Virus record (IMG/VR): IMGVR_UViG_3300020120_000303
Length of the DNA stretch: 64,000 nt
Strand: one strand, 5' to 3'
Origin: an uncultured virus (IMG/VR IMGVR_UViG_3300020120_000303)
Taxonomy: Duplodnaviria > Heunggongvirae > Uroviricota > Caudoviricetes
Shown here piece after piece: positions 56,242 to 64,000 of this stretch. The notes under the pieces are model-generated. The model saw only the letters and a list, made by a program, of their open reading frames with translations, ran no database searches and was not told the origin of the DNA. The translations under genes and the position numbers were made by a program. The stretch's first letter is position 1. Each line of letters begins with the position of its first letter.

Positions 56242-56468
56242 GGGTTGAGCTTGGCCAGGCCGCGGCTGATGGCGTAGAAGATGCCCGACACGACCGACAG
56301 GCCGGCCTGCCACTGCGGTGGGATGTGCGACGACAGCCAGGGCAGGATCGCCGTGACCAGCGACAGGTAAAACTCCGTGGTCTGCCAGCCCGGCTTGATC
56401 GCCTTGGCGGGCAACACTGGGGTAGGGCGGTCGGGAGGGACGGGGGCGGGCGCGGCGGTTTCGGTCAT
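56238..56468 (-). CDS. Small two-TM holin-like protein
   Basis: KPGWQTTEFYLSLV...YAISRGLAK. Confidence 0.6.
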   Translation of the reverse strand: MTETAAPAPVPPDRPTPVLPAKAIKPGWQTTEFYLSLVTAILPWLSSHIPPQWQAGLSVVSGIFYAISRGLAKLNP

Positions 56469-56689
56469 GGCGATCCTTTCGGTTTGCGGCGGGCATTGCA
56501 GCGGGGGCAGAGCACGAGGACGGGGGCACCTTGGGTCTTACCGTCGACGAGCCAGCCGCCAATCTGGCGGATGCTGTCGAACACGCCGTGGGCGCCACAG
56601 ACGTCGCCGTCGCAGTCGAGCACGAAGGGCGCGCGCTCGAACCGGGCGCGCGCCAGCTCGTCGAGGGCGGGCAGGCGCTTGGCTTTCAT
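56465..56689 (-). CDS. Zn-ribbon protein
   Basis: CDGDVC...LCPRC. Confidence 0.55.
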   Translation of the reverse strand: MKAKRLPALDELARARFERAPFVLDCDGDVCGAHGVFDSIRQIGGWLVDGKTQGAPVLVLCPRCNARRKPKGSP

Positions 56690-56832
56690 CGGACCTTCCG
56701 CTTGTCCGCAAGCGGCTCGCAGGGGCAGCCGACCTTGCACAGGCCACGGCACGGGCAGTGCTGGTAGCAGCGGCAGCGCATGCGCGGGACGCGCTTGGTG
56801 ACGTAGTGCAGGCCGCACTTCGCGCAGGTCAT
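56686..56832 (-). CDS. 48-aa microprotein with 9 Cys (not in ORF track)
   Basis: MTCAKCGLHYVTKRVPRMRCRCYQHCPCRGLCKVGCPCEPLADKRKVR; ATGA overlaps at both ends. Confidence 0.6.
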   Translation of the reverse strand: MTCAKCGLHYVTKRVPRMRCRCYQHCPCRGLCKVGCPCEPLADKRKVR

Positions 56833-57752
56833 GCTGCGGCCCTCGCGCTCAGGACGCGGAACGCGTGCGCGGCTTGCTGCGGGACAACCGCGTTGCCGAG
56901 AAGGCGCAGGCTGTCCACTCGGCCGGGTATCCCATGAGCCACTCGACCCACGTCGGGTTCAGCGGTCCAGGCGTGTGTCTGGCAGCCGCAGTCGCTAGCC
57001 CATCGCCACTGCGGTCCGAAAGACCCGCCTTGTTGTAGTTGCCTCTGACCGTTGGTGTCGGCCAGAGCGCGACCGCCTCCTCCAGGCCGATGCCGTACCG
57101 ACGTTTCAGGCGCCTGGCCGCTGCCGCCGCCGATGGCTGCCCGCGCTTCGGATCGCCCAGTCGGGCAAGTGGCGTTGGCCACATGGCCGTTGATGCCATG
57201 GAGTCGAGCGACATCCTTACTCGCCCCACTCGCCCCGCGGCTCCGCCCTGGTTGTAGCCCGAGCGAGACGCGGTCGGCGTAGGCAAGAACAAAGAGCCGC
57301 TGGCGGATGTGGGGCGCGCCGACCTCGGCCGCGCTGAAACAATCCCAGACCGCATCGAACCCGAGAGTGGCAAGCCCGGCCAGCACGTCGCGCAGGCCGC
57401 TCGTGCGCAGCCCCGGCACGTTCTCGATGAAGACGAGGCCTGGGCGGACCTCGGCGACGACCCTGGCGAATTCGGGCCAGAGCCAGCGCGCGTCCGCTGT
57501 CCCCTTGCGGCGGCCGGCGAGGCTGTGGGGCTGGCAGGGGAAGCCTCCGCAGACCAGTCCCACAGGCTGAGCTGTTGCATCGACCTCCCTCACGTCCTCG
57601 TAGATCTTCACGCCCGGGTGATGCTCTGCCAGCACCGCGCGCGCGCACGGGTCAGAGTCGCAGTGCCACAGGACCGGGCCGCACCCGGCCATCTGCAGCC
57701 CGCGCTCGAGGCCGCCGATCCCGCTGAAGAGCGAGCCGATCGTGATGGTCAT
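56829..57752 (-). CDS. DNA (cytosine-5) methyltransferase, alpha subunit
   Basis: LFSGIGG (I), GGFPCQ (IV), ENV (VI), HIRQRLF (VIII) and LLGNAV (X); motif IX not evident in this frame. Confidence 0.92.
   Translation of the reverse strand: MTITIGSLFSGIGGLERGLQMAGCGPVLWHCDSDPCARAVLAEHHPGVKIYEDVREVDATAQPVGLVCGGFPCQPHSLAGRRKGTADARWLWPEFARVVAEVRPGLVFIENVPGLRTSGLRDVLAGLATLGFDAVWDCFSAAEVGAPHIRQRLFVLAYADRVSLGLQPGRSRGASGASKDVARLHGINGHVANATCPTGRSEARAAIGGGSGQAPETSVRHRPGGGGRALADTNGQRQLQQGGSFGPQWRWASDCGCQTHAWTAEPDVGRVAHGIPGRVDSLRLLGNAVVPQQAAHAFRVLSARAAA
56849..57580 (-). CDS. Nested alternative-frame C5-MTase beta subunit
   Basis: Three (L/W)PTP repeats and LNPTWVEWLMGYPAEWT (motif IX-like); GGGAGG RBS before the ATG. 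Confidence 0.75.
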   Translation of the reverse strand: MQQLSLWDWSAEASPASPTASPAAARGQRTRAGSGPNSPGSSPRSAQASSSSRTCRGCARAACATCWPGLPLSGSMRSGIVSARPRSARPTSASGSLFLPTPTASRSGYNQGGAAGRVGRVRMSLDSMASTAMWPTPLARLGDPKRGQPSAAAAARRLKRRYGIGLEEAVALWPTPTVRGNYNKAGLSDRSGDGLATAAARHTPGPLNPTWVEWLMGYPAEWTACAFSATRLSRSKPRTRSAS

Positions 57753-59985
57753 GGCTGCCCAGCCTGGGCCTGCGCGTCCTCGGCGCGGGCCATCTCGATC
57801 GCGCGCTTCTTGGCCTGCGTGCCGTTGGGAGCCTCGACCTCGAAGACCTCGCAGCCGTTCCAGTCGGGGTCGTACCAAACCGTGTAGGCCCTATATTTTA
57901 CGCCCTTGGCGCCCTTGCTGCGGAACACGCCCACCTTGAAGAGGTTCACCGGCAACCTCGCGCCACGCGCAGCCAGACCGCGGTCAGGCGCCGACCGCGA
58001 TAGCCCGGCTGCCGCCACCAGGCGCGCCACACCTTGCGGGCCACGCGCAGCCTCACCGTTGCGCCTCCCCTGCGCGCGCGCGGATGCGCTCCCGCTCCTC
58101 CTCTGTCTTGCGAATGCAGCCGAACGACCGGGCCACGATCGACGACACGGCCTGACAGGTCTGGCAACCGCGGGTCGAGAACTGGTGCGGGTCGCCCTCG
58201 ATCAGCCGCAAGACGGTGTCGACCAGCGTTAGCGCCGCCGCCTCGATCACGCGCCGGTCGATGACCTTGCCGAGGTCTATGTCAAAAGTCGGTGGCTTTT
58301 CCATTTTTATCGCCTGCGCAGCTTCAGGCTGGTCTCAAGCACGGCCATCTCGGCCGCCACGATGTCGAACTTGGCGGCCCGCACGGCCACCAGCGACAGG
58401 GCCCGTGCAACGCCGATTCGGTTGTCGCCTCTCTCACCCGAGAAGCGGATCACGAACCGGTCGCCTACAAGCTCGGTGGATAGGCGCGGATCTCGGTAGC
58501 CGCCCGCTTGCGCGCGCTCCAGGAACGCGAGGATGTCGTCGCTGGTCATGGGAACAGCCGGCTCCAATCTGCCTCCCACGGCGGCCGCGCCGGCTCGGCC
58601 TGGATCTCCCGGGCCTGCGCGGCCAGCTTCGTCGGCACGACCATCAGGTCCAAGAACGTGGGCGGCGTGGGTTGGCGGGGCGCCTGCACCAGCAGCCATC
58701 GGTCCTCGGGCAGCGAGGGGCACACGGTCAGCGAGAAGGGCGAGCCGGGGACCTGCTCCTCGGCGTGCTCGCTGCCGCACACGGGGCACCTCATGGCCGC
58801 AGCCTCGGCGTCATCGGGAAGTCGAACACCGCGTGATATTCGCGGGTCACAACCTGCTTGCCATTCTCGGCGACCAGCAGCCCGACCGGCGTCCAGTGGA
58901 TCGTCATACGCTTGCCATCGGTGCCGAGGTAGAGGTCGCGCCCCACCAGGATGTCGACGACCCGGCAGGGCGGGCGGCCCCCGAGATCGCCGAGCGCTTC
59001 AACCGCGGCCTGCGCCGCGCTCAGGCGCTTGTTCACGACCTCAAGGATGACGTCGGTCGTGGCCCGCAGATCGCGCATCGACTTGGTCAGCTCGTCCACG
59101 TCCTGGCGCAGGTCGGTCTTGCGGCCGGTCCGCACGCCGCCCGACATCATGACCGCCCCCCGCCCGCATCGCACCAGGCCTTGAGCTTCGCCACAGCCCG
59201 CGCGCCGCAGTGGATGGTGTCCACCTTGCCCGTCTCGATCATGGCCATAAGACCAGCCAGCTTGTGGTCGCCGCCCTCGCGCTTGGCCTTGTCCTCGGCG
59301 GCGCGGATCGCCGCGTGCTCGGTCTCGGTCAGGCCGCGCGGCTGGGCGAAGAGCGCGTCGGGCTCGATGAACTTGTTGACCAGGATCCTCACCTGGCCCG
59401 GCAGCACGGGGATCATCCCCAGCCCCCGTACCGCGCGTAGCCGTCCTGTTGGGCGAACTCGATCGCCTCGTCCGCTATGGCCTGGTGGTGCTCCCGCTCG
59501 GCCCGCACGCAATCGCGCGCCCCGCACACCAGGAAGTCCCGGGCCTCGCGCGGGCAGACGCCCAGGCTTTCCCCGCAGTTGTCGCAGAACTGCTCTCTGT
59601 CCGGTCTTTTGTCGTGGATGGCCATCGGTGTCCCCCTCCCGCTGTGCTGCGAATCGCTGCCAGATCCCTGCCTCGCTGAAGTCCCGGTCCCAGTCCCTGC
59701 GCCAGGCGCCCTCTATGAATCCGAGGAGCCGCTCCGTGATGGCGAAGCCGCCCTTGCGTCGGCGCTTCATGAGGCAAGCCTCGCAGCTGCGGGCTTCCAA
59801 CGGCCCAGCCAAACCACCATCGAGGCATCGCGGCCGATCTTGCCGACCCACAGCTCCCGGTCCCGCTTCATCGTAAATGGCTGCCACTCCCCGGGCTCGT
59901 CACATTCGAACGCGAGAAACTCGGCCCGCTGCCGGTACACCGTGGCGAAGTGGTCGAACACCATGCTGCAGAGGAAGATGCTCAC
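57749..59985 (-). other. Run of small coupled hypothetical ORFs (57749-57949, 58053-58304, ~58307-58549, 58546-58794, ~58791-59150, ~59147-59416, 59413-59625, 59767-59985)
   Basis: Start/stop overlaps; many CxxC pairs. Confidence 0.5.
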
Positions 59986-60686
59986 GGCTGCGCATCCTCG
60001 GCCATGGGGTACAGCCGCGCTGGCCGCCCGTCCTTGGCCAGCATGACCACGCCGGGGATCTTCCCCTTGCTGGCCCAGTGGTAGATGCTATTGCGGGCCG
60101 ACGAGGTCGACCCGTAATGGCCGCGCCCCAGCTGATCGATGGCCTCCTTGACGGTCAGGCCGGTCTTGGCGGCCACCAGCGCCGCGACCTTGCGGCACGT
60201 GTCCTTGAAGGGCGTCTCGTAGCCGCCGTTGTTGCCCCCGGCCTCGACCCCGGTCAGCTGCTCAGGCCGCAGCAGCGCCCGCAGGGAGCGCGTGTGCTCG
60301 CGAACACGCATCAGATGCGCCTCCAGCTCGACGCGTATCGATGGGCTTCCGAACTCGAGGCCCAGCGCTCTCACCTGCAGCCAGCCGATGCCGTTGTCCT
60401 TGCAATACGACTGTAGGACCCAGTGCGGCCGGCTGACAGGCGTTGCGACCGAGACCAGGTTCGCGCGCCACAGCCAGCCGGCCGCCTGGCCGATCACAGA
60501 CGTCCCGAACTGCAGCTTGGTCTCGATTGCCCAGGTGAGCGGTCCCCGCGTCGCTACCACGTCGCAGGTTGAGCTGCCATCGTGCACCTCCTGATACACC
60601 GTCCAGCCCTCGGACCTGAGCCAGGCCACGAGGACGCGAGCCAGTCCTGACTCGCTGCTGAACAAAGACATGCGGCGCGTGCTCAT
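59982..60686 (-). CDS. PD-(D/E)xK nuclease-like protein with C-terminal HTH-like domain
   Basis: SESGL...GWTVYQEV....CDVVA......AIETK.....VIGQA. Confidence 0.7.
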   Translation of the reverse strand: MSTRRMSLFSSESGLARVLVAWLRSEGWTVYQEVHDGSSTCDVVATRGPLTWAIETKLQFGTSVIGQAAGWLWRANLVSVATPVSRPHWVLQSYCKDNGIGWLQVRALGLEFGSPSIRVELEAHLMRVREHTRSLRALLRPEQLTGVEAGGNNGGYETPFKDTCRKVAALVAAKTGLTVKEAIDQLGRGHYGSTSSARNSIYHWASKGKIPGVVMLAKDGRPARLYPMAEDAQP

Positions 60687-61990
60687 GGGTGCCGCCATCC
60701 GCCTCGCGGGACGTTGCACGAGTGCCCGCAGGTCACGCAGCGCAACCCGCAGCAGGGATAGAAGCGCGTGGCCACGACGAGAAGGCACGTGCACCGGCGC
60801 ATGTCGGGGCAGCGGCCGCGTGGGTGCGCCGGCATGGTTTCTGCGGCCTTCACGTTTTCCTCAGCCACTCGGCGATGGCGCCGATCAGCAGCACGATGCC
60901 GAAGATCACGAACAGCGCCCAGGGCGGCGGGCCGGGCGGCACGTGGTGGCCTTCGGGCATGGCGAGGCGCCGGTGGTTCATGGCGCTCATGGCCCGACCT
61001 CTGGCCGTGACACCACCAGCTCGGGGGGCCCCAGCCGGCCACACATGCGACAGCACACGTATCGCTTCACCTGCTCCTCCGTGAAGCCCGCGCGGATGAG
61101 ATAGCCGAGCTGCCAGTTGTTGATCGGCGCGGTGACGTGAAACCCGCCGGCGTTGTTCGAGCAGCCGTTGTCGAAGCGCCGCACCTTGCCGATGGCCCTG
61201 CTGGTCGCGCGGTTCATGGTCGAAAGTCCCGCGGCTCGGCGCCCTTGTCGATCGCGCGATTGAACCGACGCATGAGCGCAACGACGCGACCCGCGGCCAC
61301 CATCACCGCCACGTTCGCGACGATGCACACGAGCACGAGGACGGGGACCAGCAGGTCGGCGATGCCGGAACAGGTCAGCGTCACGACTTGCCCTCCCGCA
61401 GGGGCTCCGCGTGGTTGTAGCAAGACGCCGAGCAGAACATCCACTCGCCACGACCTGATGAGTATCCCGGCCCGAAGACGCTTTTGAAGCACCAGGAGCA
61501 GGGCCGCGAACGCGCGAGGCGGTCGCGCCGCTCCTGCTGCCGGTGGGTACCTTGAGGCCGCGGGTGTTTCATAGCTGCGCTCATGACCGGGGCTTTCCGA
61601 TGACCGCCTCGACGGCGTCCGCCCAGACCTCAAGGAAATTCTCCGTGGGCCATCCCTCGCCGTCGGAATTGATGGCATCGACCATTCGACGCAGCAGGCG
61701 CTGCATGCGCAACAGCAGGACGTAGGATCCGATCAGCCCGGCCCAGCCGACCGCGGCGATGGCGACGACGAAGCTCACGATTTTCCCTCCCGCATCGACA
61801 GGCTGAGCCCGAGCTTGGCCCGCGGGTTGAGCGCGTTGACGGCCTGGCGCAGGGCCGTCTCGGCCGCCTCAAGCTCGACCATGCCCTGGTGCCGCAGCCG
61901 CTTGAACCGCTTGCGGTACTCGGGCTCGACGCCGAATTTGGCGGCGCTGCGCAGGCCGCGCGCGAAGTGCTTGAGGTCGCCGGGTTTCAT
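60683..61990 (-). other. Run of very small coupled ORFs, several single-TM or Cys-rich
   Basis: e.g. 60850-60990, 60987-61217, 61381-61584, 61581-61778, 61775-61990. Confidence 0.45.
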
Positions 61991-62889
61991 TCTCGTGCCG
62001 CCTTTTGGGCCTGGGCCGCGCGTTCTTGCGCTACGGCAGCCGGGTCTAGGTTGATCCGCTGCCCGCAATGCACGCATGGCCCCCACCAATCGCCGCGATC
62101 ACAAGCCACCTCTTCCAGGTCCACCTGGTGGTTATGCGGAGCCGGGATGCGATCTCCTATCCGGTCGACAGTCTGTTCGGAATCGACCTCAGCGAGCCGC
62201 CTAGCCGTGGCGCCGTGCCGAAGCTTCCGGATGGCTTTCTCCAGAATTTGACGGGTGCGCTCCTTTGACCCGCCTTCGGCGATGGCGACCTCCTCTAGGG
62301 TCATTGCCTCGCCGCCACCGAAACCGAATCGCCGCCTGATAAACCTCCTCTGCCGGGGGCTCAAGATACTCTCGATGACCTCGCCCACTACGTGATTGCG
62401 ATCATCGTCTTCGAGATGTCGATCAGGCGGCAAGGCTGCGATCGCTGCCAGATCAGGCGGTAGCATGGAACCCGTCAAAGAGGCCATGCACTCGAGATCG
62501 GCGACATCAGCCTCCGTCTCTACGACCGGCTGGGTGACACGACGGACCGACTCGGGGAATAGTTCTTCGGGCTCGCATTCGTAGAACCTGGCCAGTCGCA
62601 CGACGGCGCTCGCCCACCGCTGTTTCAGCGGGTATTCCAGTGCGAACGCGTCGTCCGCATGGCTTCTACAGCGGTACTGGGTCGTGCCGTTAGCCAACGT
62701 CTCGCATCCAAGAGCCCGGCAGCGGTGGGCCGTTACCCTCGCCGGCTGGTGCAGGTTTTCCAAGCCGACGTAAGTGCCATAACCAACACCGGCCTTCGCC
62801 GCCGCCTCTTTGGCGCTCAGCCCAAGCCCAATCCGGCGGGAGCGCAGCAGATTGTTGCTGACCTTGATCTGGACCCGTAGCTCTTTCAC
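61987..62889 (-). CDS. XRE-HTH plus sigma70 region-4 fusion regulator
   Basis: LRSRRIGLGLSAKEAAAKAGV..YVGLEN; Cys/His insert; LSPRQRRFIRRRFGF...MTLEEVA....SKERTRQILEKAIRKLR. Confidence 0.8.
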   Translation of the reverse strand: MKELRVQIKVSNNLLRSRRIGLGLSAKEAAAKAGVGYGTYVGLENLHQPARVTAHRCRALGCETLANGTTQYRCRSHADDAFALEYPLKQRWASAVVRLARFYECEPEELFPESVRRVTQPVVETEADVADLECMASLTGSMLPPDLAAIAALPPDRHLEDDDRNHVVGEVIESILSPRQRRFIRRRFGFGGGEAMTLEEVAIAEGGSKERTRQILEKAIRKLRHGATARRLAEVDSEQTVDRIGDRIPAPHNHQVDLEEVACDRGDWWGPCVHCGQRINLDPAAVAQERAAQAQKAARE

Positions 62890-63177
62890 GGCACGCCCCA
62901 GTCGAAGACCTTCGCCGCCAGGCCCAGGATCGCCACGGCCGCCAGCATGAACGTGATTCCCAGCAGGGCGAGGCCTTCGCGGGTCACGGCGTGGCTCCGA
63001 GTTTTGCGGCCAGTTTTTGGATCTGCTCTTCGACCTCGTCTTCGGGGAAGACCTGGCGCAAAGCGGCCGCGGCTTGGGCGAAGGTCTCGAAGCGTTTCAT
63101 GTGCGCGCTGTGCTCGGCCAGCGAGCAGGTGCGTGACACGCCCGCGACGGAACGCAGGTAGATGGCGGCCTCCGGGC

Positions 63178-63954
63178 TCACGTCCCACCTGGATTCATCC
63201 CGCCGCGCATGAGCATGGCCCCCAGCATCTGCTCGGTGACCCCAGCAGGCAGCTCGCCGCGCGCCAGTTGCTCGAGCTGCTCGGCCGTCAGCTCCGGTGC
63301 CTCGGGCTCGGGCGCCAGGGCGCCGTTGCCCAGCAGGTAGCGCATCGCCATCGGCGCGGTCTGGAAGCACTTGCACCACAGGGCCGTCGCCTGGATGACC
63401 GCGCTGCCATCGACGAATGCCTGATCGACCTCGACCACGTTGCGGTCCTTGTCGAGGCTCCGGACCCGGCGGTAGCGAATGAATGAGGCGGCGCTCACGG
63501 CGGCCCGGAGCTTTCGGCCGAGCTCGCCCACCAGCTCGGGGGCCATCTCGGCCACCGGCATCCACTTCTTCTGGTACTCGCGCCACCGGGTCGCCTCGGT
63601 CTTGCCCGCGTCCTCGGCCGCGGCCCTGTCGCGTTCCAGCTCCTTTTCCCGGGCGGCGTCGGCCTGCTTGGCGAACAGCCGCCAGCGCTCCTGCAGGGCG
63701 GGCCAGTTCTTGGTTGGCCACCCTCGCCGGATGGCCGTGTCGGCCATCAGCAGCGACACGCCCGTGCGCCTGGCGAGGTGCTTGGCCACCTGGGCCCCTT
63801 CCCGATACGACGCCCACAGGGCCGCGTAGACCGCCTCGGGCGGTGGCGTCTCGACCCAGCCCCGACTCGGGGGTGTTACTACTGGCTGGGGCAGATCGTC
63901 TATTGGGCGGATTGGGCCAACTGGTTGTTGACTCTCATCGCTCTCATCGGACAT
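63178..63954 (-). CDS. HTH plus coiled-coil protein, candidate terminase small subunit
   Basis: VAKHLARRTGVSLLMADTAIRRGW...W..L..R then coiled coil; under the conserved promoter motif. Confidence 0.45.
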   Translation of the reverse strand: MSDESDESQQPVGPIRPIDDLPQPVVTPPSRGWVETPPPEAVYAALWASYREGAQVAKHLARRTGVSLLMADTAIRRGWPTKNWPALQERWRLFAKQADAAREKELERDRAAAEDAGKTEATRWREYQKKWMPVAEMAPELVGELGRKLRAAVSAASFIRYRRVRSLDKDRNVVEVDQAFVDGSAVIQATALWCKCFQTAPMAMRYLLGNGALAPEPEAPELTAEQLEQLARGELPAGVTEQMLGAMLMRGGMNPGGT

Positions 63955-63997
63955 GCAACCAGCGTTGCCACAGGCACGCGGCCGCCCCAAGGTTTCG
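63955..63997 (-). promoter_or_regulatory. Phage promoter motif (CGAAACC-TTGGGG-N18-AACGCT-N6-ATG)
   Basis: Copy of the conserved motif. Confidence 0.62.
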
Positions 63998-64000
63998 GGT

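Larger units (their letters stand above)
1..64000. mobile_element. Tailed dsDNA phage (myovirus-type, Mu-like head genes), probable phage-plasmid; window is a partial genome
   Basis: Terminase, portal, capsid, sheath, tube, tape measure, baseplate, lysis, replication and recombination genes; no host housekeeping genes; first gene is cut by the window edge. Confidence 0.95.

Noticed and set aside
61545..61585. GGTACCTTGAGG as another promoter copy
   Set aside because: No NANNNT at 17-18 bp, and it faces against the local genes.
1..64000. tRNA, rRNA or tmRNA genes
   Set aside because: No cloverleaf with a T-loop consensus or other signatures recognised by eye; tRNAscan-SE/Infernal would be needed to exclude them.

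Overview
The whole 64 kb window reads as one GC-rich, contractile-tailed (myovirus-type) phage genome segment, with no host housekeeping genes and no integrase or transposase. It holds a Mu-like head module (terminase, DUF935 portal, gpF, I protease, gpT capsid, gp36, gpG) and a sheath/tube/tape-measure/baseplate tail module with a -1 frameshifting chaperone. Replication and recombination genes include a DnaB helicase, RecT, YqaJ, RuvC and an initiator with internal 11-bp iterons. A ParA plus ribbon-helix-helix pair and an AbrB/Doc toxin-antitoxin pair suggest a phage-plasmid lifestyle. There are two DNA methyltransferases and many small, translationally coupled accessory ORFs. The most interesting structure lies outside the ORF track: (i) a recurrent CGAAACC-TTGAGG-N17/18-NANNNT promoter signature that puts the start codon at about +1 (leaderless) for capsid, baseplate and lysis genes, in a genome encoding two stand-alone sigma70 region-4 proteins; (ii) six co-oriented arrays of 8-bp YRTKGACC repeats at gene junctions; (iii) a ~470-nt highly structured + strand RNA between the partition and replication genes, and a second ~210-nt one; (iv) a C5-methyltransferase with a second subunit nested in an alternative frame; (v) a collagen-fibre plus glycosyltransferase cassette inserted among the head genes. 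All family calls are by motif recognition; no searches were run.
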